From Copranaerobaculum intestinale (lineage in GTDB: Bacteria; Bacillota_I; Bacilli_A; Erysipelotrichales; Erysipelotrichaceae): a stretch of DNA of 32,000 nucleotides. Shown piece after piece: positions 1-7,602 of this stretch. The stretch spans positions 240,001 to 272,000 of the forward strand of contig NZ_WUUQ01000001.1 in NCBI RefSeq assembly GCF_009831105.1. Reading direction: 5' to 3'. The notes below the pieces were generated by a model. It was given only the letters and a program-made list of their open reading frames with translations, did not search any database and was not told the origin of the DNA. A program made the translations under genes and the position numbers. Within the stretch, counting starts at the first letter, position 1, and each line of letters opens with the position of its first letter.

Positions 1-1289
1 ACCGAAACAGCGGTAGCCATCGGAATAGCAGCGCCGATTCCGGTAAGATCACCTTCCATCAGATGCGCAAAGAGATAGGTCAGCGGTATGCGGATAAAAA
101 TGGATGCCGCAATGCCATTGACCATGGCGAAGAAAGTTCTTCCGCAGCCGTTGAAGAAGCCATTCATCGTAAAGCCGAACGCTACCAGTAAAAAGTCAAC
201 ACTGAACCAGTGCAGGTATTGACTGCCCGCTGTAATCACCGATTTACTGTCGGTAAAAATCCGCATGATCGTATCCGGCGCCATACGGCCCCAGACAAAG
301 AAGACAAAGGACGCACCAAGTGCAAATCCGATACTGATCCACATCGCTCGTTTTGCCCGCTGTGGTTTTCCGGCTCCGATATTCTGTGCCGCAACCGTGG
401 AAATCGCTCCGGCCATCGCCGTACTGGGAAGCATCGCAAATCCTTCAAATTTTGTACAGATGCCGACTGCCGCTGCCGCGGTAACACCGAAGGTATTGAC
501 GATCGCCGCTATGAATAAGAAGGAAACAGCAGAAATTGTTTCTTGCAGCGATACCGGTATTCCAATCTTAATCAGCTTGACTGCCTTTTCCTTCTGAATC
601 ACAAAGCTGCGCAGACGGAAATCGAAGACAAATTCTTTCGAGCGCAGATAGGCTATTGATAAAACCAAACTGATACCCTGTGAAAGCATTGTTGCGAAAG
701 CCGCTCCGGCCGCTCCCATGCCCATGCCTCCGACCAGCAGCAGATCAAGCACTATATTGGATATACAGGCGATACCGATAAAAAGCACCGGACTGTTTGC
801 GTCTCCCATACCTCGCAGCACCGCGCTGACTGCATTATATCCAAAGATAAAAAAGATGCCTGCGGAACAGATATAGACATAATTTTTGGCATCTGCCATT
901 GCCGGGCCGGGGGTCTGAATCAATTCCAGTATTTGCGGGGTAAATAAAAACATAATGATCGTAAACACAACCGCGGCCAATATGAACAGCGTAAAGGTCG
1001 TCGCTACCGTTTCTTTGACATCCTGCTCCTTGCCGGCGCCGATATATTGCGCAACCAAAACAGTGGAACCCATCGTCAGTCCGGTGATCAGTGATACCAG
1101 AAGAGCAGTTACCTGCGAACCGACCGATACTGCCGCAACACTTACATCATTGGTGAATCTCCCCACGATTGCCAGATCAACTGCTCCATATAAGATTTGA
1201 ATAAAATTCGCAATTAAAAAGGGAACTGCAAATGCTATCAGCGAGCGATACAAATTTCCCTCTGCCAGATTATTTACGGATTTTTTCAT
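1..1289 (-). CDS. MATE family efflux transporter (partial; C-terminus beyond window start)
   Basis: The minus frame is open from ATG 1289 to position 1. It is absent from the ORF track because no stop lies in the window. SD AAGGAGGAG at 1295-1303. My translation starts MKKSVNNLAEGNLYRSLIAFAVPFLIANFIQILYGAVDLAIVGRF, a typical MATE N-terminus. Confidence 0.85.
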   Translation of the reverse strand, partial: MKKSVNNLAEGNLYRSLIAFAVPFLIANFIQILYGAVDLAIVGRFTNDVSVAAVSVGSQVTALLVSLITGLTMGSTVLVAQYIGAGKEQDVKETVATTFTLFILAAVVFTIIMFLFTPQILELIQTPGPAMADAKNYVYICSAGIFFIFGYNAVSAVLRGMGDANSPVLFIGIACISNIVLDLLLVGGMGMGAAGAAFATMLSQGISLVLSIAYLRSKEFVFDFRLRSFVIQKEKAVKLIKIGIPVSLQETISAVSFLFIAAIVNTFGVTAAAAVGICTKFEGFAMLPSTAMAGAISTVAAQNIGAGKPQRAKRAMWISIGFALGASFVFFVWGRMAPDTIMRIFTDSKSVITAGSQYLHWFSVDFLLVAFGFTMNGFFNGCGRTFFAMVNGIAASIFIRIPLTYLFAHLMEGDLTGIGAAIPMATAVS

Positions 1290-1302
1290 ATAATCTCCTC
1301 CT

Positions 1303-1354
1303 TAAACAAAGAAAACCGGATAAGCGATTAACGTTGTTAACCATCTTATCCGGT
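1303..1354 (-). terminator. Rho-independent terminator-like hairpin after the HAD gene, abutting the SD of the next MATE gene
   Basis: ACCGGATAAG (1315-1324) pairs with CTTATCCGGT (1345-1354). On the minus strand it is followed by TTTTCTTTGTTT, which runs into the AAGGAGG SD. Confidence 0.55.
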
Positions 1355-1436
1355 AATCCATACCTCCGATGTAAAACAGGCTCATCTCCTGTTTGTCAAT
1401 GCTCATATTAATACAAAATAGTAAGCTTGTAAAGGG

Positions 1437-2081
1437 TTAATTTTTAATAATCTGCAAAATTTCCAGCGGGTTTTGAAGTACATAGCGGCAAGGGATATGC
1501 TGCGGGAGCACTTCTCCCCATTTGGCATAGGCGAACGGCACATGGACACTTTCGGCACATAGCGCATCATTGATAGAATCTCCGATAAACAGAATGTCTT
1601 CCGCGGCCAGACCGGTTATATCCATGAGATATTCTAAAGAATCCGGAGCCGGTTTGGGATGCTTGATCTCTTCCTGCGTCACGACCGTATCCAGCGCTTC
1701 ATGCGCCTCCTTACCCAACTGTTTGATCGCTTCATTCCACATCAAATGATTACGGGAGGTATTCACGCCTTGGCGGATTCCCAGTTCCTTGAGTTTCAAA
1801 ATTACTTCAACGATGTGGTCGAATGCCTGAACACTGTCCATCGCCTCGCTGTTTTCTCCGAAGCAGATGTGATGAAAGGTTTCTTCTTCCGACGGGGCAA
1901 TATTCAGATAATCACGGGTTTCCCGATCCGTGAAATAATAACAGCACACAAATTCCGAGCGCGGCTTATGAGGACGATCCGGATACATTCGATGGTATCC
2001 CTCATACAGACAGTCAATCATCCGTGATGCATTCACAAGCGTACCATCGCAATCCCATACTACCATTTGATACATATTCAC
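1437..2081 (-). CDS. HAD-IA family hydrolase (phosphoglycolate phosphatase / PpaX-like)
   Basis: 214-aa ORF. N-terminal DxDGT motif (VVWDCDGTLVN) and C-terminal GDSxND motif (FIGDSINDA). Its start overlaps the stop of the upstream HPr-like gene. Confidence 0.85.
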   Translation of the reverse strand: MNMYQMVVWDCDGTLVNASRMIDCLYEGYHRMYPDRPHKPRSEFVCCYYFTDRETRDYLNIAPSEEETFHHICFGENSEAMDSVQAFDHIVEVILKLKELGIRQGVNTSRNHLMWNEAIKQLGKEAHEALDTVVTQEEIKHPKPAPDSLEYLMDITGLAAEDILFIGDSINDALCAESVHVPFAYAKWGEVLPQHIPCRYVLQNPLEILQIIKN

Positions 2082-2335
2082 AGCTCCTTTATACAGAAAC
2101 GTGATAAGGCCTGATAGGCTTCCGCTTCATCCTTTCCCTCAATCACCAGCTTGATATCCGCACCGCAGGGAATATTCAGGTGCATGATTTCCACAATGCG
2201 GTTGGCTCGTACGATGTGTTCTTTATAATACAGCATGACCGTAGAATGATATTCTCTCACCAACGCTGCTAAATGAGAAGCCGGCCGAATATGAAGCCCC
2301 ATTTTATTTTTTATGATATGTCTGATTTCTTTCAT
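2078..2335 (-). CDS. HPr-family phosphocarrier paralog (His15 present, Ser46 replaced by Arg)
   Basis: 85 aa. GLHIRPA matches the HPr active-site GIHARPA with His at position 15. A gap-free alignment to B. subtilis HPr puts Arg at position 46. 4-nt overlaps with both neighbouring genes. Confidence 0.85.
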   Translation of the reverse strand: MKEIRHIIKNKMGLHIRPASHLAALVREYHSTVMLYYKEHIVRANRIVEIMHLNIPCGADIKLVIEGKDEAEAYQALSRFCIKEL

Positions 2336-3702
2336 TGTATCGCCTCTTTTTTTTCAGGACCGATTTCGGTAACATTTTTGATCCAGTGATTTGCTTTGAT
2401 TCGGATCGTACTGGTCACAAGCTTGATCATATCGTCAAAACGCAGGATCGTAAATACGATCGGTACCGGCCATTTCCAGATCAGACCGCTGACAAAGCCT
2501 AGCGGCAGACAGATTGTCCACAGAAAGATAATATCATTGACCAAAACAAATTTCGCATCGCCGCCGCCCCGCAGAATACCGACCATATTGACAAAAGCCA
2601 TCGGCCGCAGTCCTTCCATGACCGCCCCAATCAATAGGATCTGCATCAGATATCCCATGCTTTCAGAACCTAAATGATAGAAGAACGGCATCGTGGGACG
2701 AATCAGCAGCACGAAGAGAAAGGCTCCGATCCCCACGACCATTGATGCTTTCTGCAAATGCCAGGTAATAAACGGCATATGTTCATAATCCTTGGCTCCG
2801 ATGGTATTGCCGACAATGGTCGCAGCTGAAGAAGCAACCCCCTGTGACATGACGCTTGACAGCTGTGAAATGACATTATAGATGCTGTACGCCGCAACAA
2901 AGGATGTTCCCATGCGTCCGATAATAACACTTAAAAGTGACGTGCCGGTTGACCAAAGCAGCTCATTACAGATAACCGGGGTGCTGTTTTTGATAAAGGC
3001 AGGACGGATTTCCTTATCCAGATGACGCAGATCACGCAGCCGAAGATGCAGCTTTGTCTCCTTAAAGCGCACGTAATACAGAACGATGACACATTCGACA
3101 AAACGGGCAATCGTCGTTGCGATCGCCGCCCCCGCTACCCCAAGCGCCGGAGCACCCAGATTGCCGAAGATAAATACCCAGTTGAAAAACACATTGGTAA
3201 TCAGGGATACTATGGAAGCCCCCAAAGAAATATTTACCGTCTGTACCGCACAGAGCACTCTGGTCGTAATCGTCGTGATGCCAAAAAAGATAAACGATAT
3301 GGAAGCAATGTGCAGATAGGCGATACCCTGTTCGATAACTTCCGGATCAGTCGTAAAGACCGCCATGACATACTGCGGAAACACCGCTGCCAAAATAACG
3401 ATGACAAAAGCAAACGCTGCCATGACCCGATAGGAATATCCGAGCACTTTTTTAATGGAGGGTACATCTTGTTTTCCCCAAAACTGTGCTACTAATACAT
3501 TGGTTCCGCCGGCCGTGCCATAAATCACCAGCGTAAAAATGAAAAACAGCTGATTCGCAAGCGAGGATGCAGACAACGGCACTTCTCCCAGTGAGCCCAG
3601 CATCAGCGTATCCGCCATACTGACACCCACAGTTATCAGATTCTGCAAAGCTATCGGAATTGCCAGAATCATCATATGCCGATAAAAACGCTTTTTATTC
3701 AT
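2332..3702 (-). CDS. MATE family efflux transporter
   Basis: 456-aa polytopic ORF with a typical MATE N-terminus (ILAIPIALQNLITVGVSMADTLMLG). AAGGAGG SD 7 nt upstream of ATG 3702. Confidence 0.9.
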   Translation of the reverse strand: MNKKRFYRHMMILAIPIALQNLITVGVSMADTLMLGSLGEVPLSASSLANQLFFIFTLVIYGTAGGTNVLVAQFWGKQDVPSIKKVLGYSYRVMAAFAFVIVILAAVFPQYVMAVFTTDPEVIEQGIAYLHIASISFIFFGITTITTRVLCAVQTVNISLGASIVSLITNVFFNWVFIFGNLGAPALGVAGAAIATTIARFVECVIVLYYVRFKETKLHLRLRDLRHLDKEIRPAFIKNSTPVICNELLWSTGTSLLSVIIGRMGTSFVAAYSIYNVISQLSSVMSQGVASSAATIVGNTIGAKDYEHMPFITWHLQKASMVVGIGAFLFVLLIRPTMPFFYHLGSESMGYLMQILLIGAVMEGLRPMAFVNMVGILRGGGDAKFVLVNDIIFLWTICLPLGFVSGLIWKWPVPIVFTILRFDDMIKLVTSTIRIKANHWIKNVTEIGPEKKEAIQ

Positions 3703-3720
3703 ATCCCATCCTCCTTACTT

Positions 3721-3757
3721 TTGAAAAGCATAGTGATCGCTCACCATGCTTTTTTTA
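3721..3757 (-). terminator. Weak terminator / intercistronic hairpin between the SIS gene and the MATE gene
   Basis: AGCATAGTGA (3727-3736) pairs with TCACCATGCT (3741-3750), with one mismatch. On the minus RNA only UUUUC follows, then the MATE SD about 9 nt further on. Confidence 0.45.
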
Positions 3758-3758
3758 C

Positions 3759-4832
3759 TTATTCTTCATCATGTGTATTGAAGTATTTTCCTTCCGGAAG
3801 CGGGCCGCCCTCGCCCCAAGGCAGAACTTCTACACCATAGTCAACCGCCAAACGATATGCCAGAATTTCCAGCACCGGTGCATATTCCAGAAATTCAAAT
3901 GGGCCGCCAACCGGATCAAATGCCAGATCACGGTCATCCAGTGTGTTCTGACCAATAACAAAAGCATCACTGACTTCGTTTTTCACGTATTTCGCAAGAC
4001 CGTTGGCAATGTTTACATTACGTCCGTCGTTCAAGATAATCACCGCATGGCGATTTGTGAATCCCATTGTCGGACCGTGCATGCCATCATCCATCTCATA
4101 CCCGATGCAGATATAACGCTTCGCAATTTCCAGAGCTTTTAAAGCGCCTTCTACGGCAACACCGTATAAAGAACCGGCGCCGTACATAATGAAGCTGTCC
4201 TTATTCATCAATTTCCATTTATTACGATCGAACCAAGTTAAGGTTTCATCACATAGCTGAGCGTGGTGTGCCGCTGCGGCAGAAGCCTGTTTCAGATATG
4301 CATCATAATCTGTGTCATGTAAGACTCCGCGTTTGCGTCCGATTTCCATCGCAATGATCATCTGGGTAAAAGCAGACAGACAATAACCGATCGTACGGCA
4401 TCCGTATTCTTCGTTATCCGTTTCCATCAAAACATGTGTTCCGCTTTCTTTAGCCAGCGGCGAATCATGGGATTCGCTCAATGCGACAGTCGCATAACCG
4501 GCATTTTTCATTTTGATCTGTGCTTCCTGCGTCAACGTACTGGTTCCGCTCTGTGACGTAAAGATGTATAAAGCATTCGGATTATACACGCTTTTATTTA
4601 AAAATGGATTCGGCAGTACAACCTGAGTGCGCAGACCGCTTGCCTTTTCCACAAATTCCTGAGAAGTCAAAGAACAGGTGTTGCTGGTACCGGAACCAAC
4701 CAATACAATTTCATCAATCGTATTGATGCGGTCACCCAGATAATCAAACATCGCTTTGGTAAGCGCTTCTCTTTCACCGATCACTTTTTCTACAACCGAA
4801 GGAACTCGGCGGATTGTATCAACTAAAGTCAT
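3759..4832 (-). CDS. SIS-domain sugar-phosphate isomerase/deglycase (FrlB / GfrF / AgaS-like)
   Basis: 357 aa. Shows the SIS signature (LVGSGTSN, then FTSQSGTS) and a second SIS-like half. Last gene of the mannose-family PTS cluster. AAAGGAGGA SD. Confidence 0.8.
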   Translation of the reverse strand: MTLVDTIRRVPSVVEKVIGEREALTKAMFDYLGDRINTIDEIVLVGSGTSNTCSLTSQEFVEKASGLRTQVVLPNPFLNKSVYNPNALYIFTSQSGTSTLTQEAQIKMKNAGYATVALSESHDSPLAKESGTHVLMETDNEEYGCRTIGYCLSAFTQMIIAMEIGRKRGVLHDTDYDAYLKQASAAAAHHAQLCDETLTWFDRNKWKLMNKDSFIMYGAGSLYGVAVEGALKALEIAKRYICIGYEMDDGMHGPTMGFTNRHAVIILNDGRNVNIANGLAKYVKNEVSDAFVIGQNTLDDRDLAFDPVGGPFEFLEYAPVLEILAYRLAVDYGVEVLPWGEGGPLPEGKYFNTHDEE

Positions 4833-4933
4833 ATTTATTTCCTCCTTTTATATACATATTTTCATAAGCGTGCTGAAGACCGCCGATAAGCGGTCGTTCA
4901 GCCAGAAGTGGGAAGTAAAGATAGGGAGTATTT

Positions 4934-5755
4934 TTAGAATATACCTGCGTATTTTCCGACGATGCCAAGAATCATGATCGCAACGATCAGGGTAGTCGGT
5001 TTTACATTCTTATTCAACAGCTTGAAGCATCCCAGTGTCAGCAGTAATGGCAGTGCGCATGGGAAGATAGAGTCGATCATTTCCTGGATGGACTGTGTAG
5101 CTCCGTTCATCTTAAAGACATAACCGATTTGTAGGGAAACCATGGTAGCCGTCATTGCCCCGACTGTCATTAATCCGACGATGCTGGCAGCTTTGGTAAC
5201 GAAGCTCATAATTCCGCTTTCTTCTGCCTGTGTCATGAATTTTGATCCAAGACTGTATCCTACATAAGGCAGCAGGACACGGCAAGGTTCAGCAACCAAA
5301 TTATACAGCAATAAGAACATGATCGGGCCGAGCAGACTTCCGTCCTTGGCAAGTGATAAACCGATACCCATGGTGATGACACGCCATGTACTCTGGAAAA
5401 TAGAGTCACCGATACCGGCAAATGGACCCATTAGGGAAGTTTTTACTGCACTGATGGAAGATTTATCAAAGTTTGGATCATTGGCTGCCTGTACTTCCAT
5501 GGCAGCGGACAGACCGATTACGAATCCGCCGACTGTAGGATTTGTATTATACAGCTCCCAGTGACGCTTGTATCCTTCAACACGATCTTCTTTTTTATCA
5601 TATAAACGGTTGATAACCGGAATCATACACCATACATAGCCCATTGCCTGGAATTTCTCCCAAGTATATACGGCATCACTCTGGTGGGAGCGGCGCATGA
5701 CTTTGGCCATCATTTTCGCATCTTCGCCTTTTAGACCAAATCTTTCGCTAATCAT
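4934..5755 (-). CDS. PTS mannose/fructose/sorbose family EIID
   Basis: The tracked ORF 4934-5836 is trimmed to ATG 5755 (MISERFGLKGEDAK...). That start has an AGGAGGAC SD and an ATGATTAG overlap with the EIIC stop. Membrane protein with EIID-like WEKFQAMGY and NTNP motifs. Confidence 0.88.
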   Translation of the reverse strand: MISERFGLKGEDAKMMAKVMRRSHQSDAVYTWEKFQAMGYVWCMIPVINRLYDKKEDRVEGYKRHWELYNTNPTVGGFVIGLSAAMEVQAANDPNFDKSSISAVKTSLMGPFAGIGDSIFQSTWRVITMGIGLSLAKDGSLLGPIMFLLLYNLVAEPCRVLLPYVGYSLGSKFMTQAEESGIMSFVTKAASIVGLMTVGAMTATMVSLQIGYVFKMNGATQSIQEMIDSIFPCALPLLLTLGCFKLLNKNVKPTTLIVAIMILGIVGKYAGIF

Positions 5756-6542
5756 TGAATAAGTCCTCCTCTCCCGCATCAGCACCTGCCGCAGCGGATG
5801 CCGGGGCAGTCTTACGTTTCGCTGTTTCACCCTCAAAGTACAGGATGATAACTAAGATGATACCTACGATTGCGATTGCCATCAACGGCATACCGCAATA
5901 AGAAGCCATAATAAATCCTAAGAAATAATAAACGGCAAGTTTCTTCTGCCACATCATTTTTAACAGTAAGCCGAATCCGACAGCACCTAACATACCGGCA
6001 GATACGCCCATACCATCTAACAGCGTTTGCGGAACTGCATCGATAAAGGATTTGATTGCATCAGATCCTAAGCCAACTGCCAAGGCACAGACAGCGGCAC
6101 TGCAGACTTCATTGGTAATAGAAACGATTGGGAATAAACGCTGGATACCTTTCCAGTTTCCCTTTTCGATCATCTTATCGATGAACGGTGTATAAATGGA
6201 ACGAGTTGCGACAAACGGAACGAACAGCATCTGGCACAGAATAGAAGTAGGTACTGCCAATGCGAAGGCGGTTTCTACACCTTTACCGAGAATAATCGCA
6301 TATGCCGTACCAACCGCGGTTCCGGAAACCGGATCAGGCGGAACCGTACCGCCGATAGCCATAACCCCCATGAATACCAGTTCCAGTGAAGCACCGACCT
6401 GGACACCGGTCTTAATATCCCCTAATGCGATACCGATTGCGGTTCCCACAATCAGCGGTCGAGAAATCATTGGATAGGACAGCCAGTTCTCAAAGAACAT
6501 CAAAATCAAAACTGTCAATCCGACAAGTAATGCCTGAATCAT
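5748..6542 (-). CDS. PTS mannose/fructose/sorbose family EIIC
   Basis: 264-aa polytopic ORF between EIIB and EIID, glycine-rich and hydrophobic as in ManY/LevF-type EIIC. AAAGGAGGAG SD. Confidence 0.88.
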   Translation of the reverse strand: MIQALLVGLTVLILMFFENWLSYPMISRPLIVGTAIGIALGDIKTGVQVGASLELVFMGVMAIGGTVPPDPVSGTAVGTAYAIILGKGVETAFALAVPTSILCQMLFVPFVATRSIYTPFIDKMIEKGNWKGIQRLFPIVSITNEVCSAAVCALAVGLGSDAIKSFIDAVPQTLLDGMGVSAGMLGAVGFGLLLKMMWQKKLAVYYFLGFIMASYCGMPLMAIAIVGIILVIILYFEGETAKRKTAPASAAAGADAGEEDLFND

Positions 6543-6560
6543 TTCTACTCCTCCTTTTTA

Positions 6561-7034
6561 TTATAGAAATTTGTCAATATTCGTACGGCTCTCTGACGGA
6601 ACCATACGCAGCTCTAAATCAGTAACCAAAGTCTTTAATTCTTTTAAATCTTTCAGATCTTGATCATCCAGACAAACCGCTGCGGCGATCATTTTTCCTC
6701 CTTCCTTGTTTTTTACCCCGCCGATGTTTACCCGATGGATCTGGTTGGCTGTAGCCTTTACAATTTTCAACGCGTCCTGGATCGTTCTAACGATCACGAA
6801 GATTTTCGTTTTCTGAGCGTTTGGATTGTTTAACAATGCGGCGCCGTCGTCAACTGTTTTAATTGCCAGCTTGACGCCAGCCGGTTTTGCCATCTTCAAT
6901 GCCAATTTACTCATTTCATTGGTGGCTGCTTCATCATTCGCAATGAGAATAGCGTCCGGAGCGACCGCTCCTACCCATGTTACCGCGACCTGACCATGCA
7001 GCAGGCGATCATCTACTCTTAAAAGTTCTACCAT
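6561..7034 (-). CDS. PTS mannose-family EIIB
   Basis: 157 aa. The N-terminus LLRVDDRLLHGQV carries the EIIB(Man) phospho-histidine motif. Confidence 0.9.
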   Translation of the reverse strand: MVELLRVDDRLLHGQVAVTWVGAVAPDAILIANDEAATNEMSKLALKMAKPAGVKLAIKTVDDGAALLNNPNAQKTKIFVIVRTIQDALKIVKATANQIHRVNIGGVKNKEGGKMIAAAVCLDDQDLKDLKELKTLVTDLELRMVPSESRTNIDKFL

Positions 7035-7462
7035 AATTTATCGTCCTCGATTCCTTTTTCTAGTTCTGCCTGAACGCGCTCCCTGTTGAAGATCAGCATA
7101 TTCTGACCTGCCGACTGAATGATCTTCTCCAGCAGTTCTGCCGTATCGGTTCGTTCATGATCAAGCACCAGTTCCAGCAGCATCGAAAGCGTCATGCCGG
7201 TTACAAGCTGTACATGTTCATAAACACACAGGTGGAGCAGCTGATTGTGAACACTGCCGCCATTGATATCACACAGAATGATGTAGGTATCATCCGTATG
7301 CGTGCTGATTTCAGTATTCAAAATTTCATAGATATCCGTGGGACTGCCATAGGTGTCTAACCCATATGCACTTACTTGAGGACAGTCCTGCAAGATCATT
7401 TTGCCAGCGCTTAGCATCCCCTCGGCCAGCGAACCATGTGAAGCCAAAATGATTTTACGCAA
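7028..7462 (-). CDS. PTS mannose-family EIIA
   Basis: KIILASHGSLAEG is the EIIA(Man) active-site His region. I prefer TTG 7462, which has GGAGG 7 nt upstream. The tracked GTG at 7498 sits at the predicted sigma-54 transcription start and has no SD. Confidence 0.8.
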   Translation of the reverse strand: MRKIILASHGSLAEGMLSAGKMILQDCPQVSAYGLDTYGSPTDIYEILNTEISTHTDDTYIILCDINGGSVHNQLLHLCVYEHVQLVTGMTLSMLLELVLDHERTDTAELLEKIIQSAGQNMLIFNRERVQAELEKGIEDDKLW

Positions 7463-7507
7463 GCTTCTTCCTCCTTTCCTTGACGAGTGATTCTTCACTC
7501 TTCATAA

Positions 7508-7523
7508 AGCAAAAAGCGTGCCA
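7508..7523 (-). promoter_or_regulatory. Sigma-54 (-24/-12) promoter of the PTS operon
   Basis: The minus strand reads TGGCACGCTTTTTGCT, i.e. TGGCAC-N5-TTGCT. This matches the consensus TGGCAC-N5-TTGCW exactly and lies about 35 nt upstream of the EIIA SD. Confidence 0.85.
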
Positions 7524-7550
7524 GCTTATTTGTCAAAGTTTGTAGAAGCA

Positions 7551-7581
7551 TAAAAAAGAGCCTGTTTATCGGCTCTTTTTA
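7551..7581 (-). terminator. Terminator after the LevR-type regulator gene (bidirectional shape)
   Basis: AGAGCC (7557-7562) pairs with GGCTCT (7571-7576), flanked by an A-run and a T-run. It sits between the regulator stop (7603) and the -24 element. Confidence 0.6.
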
Positions 7582-7602
7582 ACTTTATATAAATTTTGAA
7601 TA

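Noticed and set aside
210-1200. Plus-strand ORFs of 81-110 aa at the window start
   Set aside because: The minus strand here is one continuous MATE transporter frame running off the window. The plus-strand ORFs are antisense artefacts.
1374-1399. TTGACA plus the hairpin AAACAGG pairing with CCTGTTT after the HAD gene, as a possible promoter or attenuator for the MATE gene
   Set aside because: No acceptable -10 lies at 16-18 nt spacing. It is more simply a second, weak terminator-like hairpin.
3022-4142. 157-aa and 160-aa plus-strand ORFs (3022-3495, 3660-4142)
   Set aside because: They are antisense to the MATE and SIS genes. Their arginine/histidine-rich, low-complexity translations are shadows of real genes.
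6232-6247. Additional TGGCAC hits (6232 plus strand; also 24900 plus strand)
   Set aside because: Neither has TTGC 5 nt downstream. Both lie inside coding regions, antisense to the genes. They are not sigma-54 promoters.
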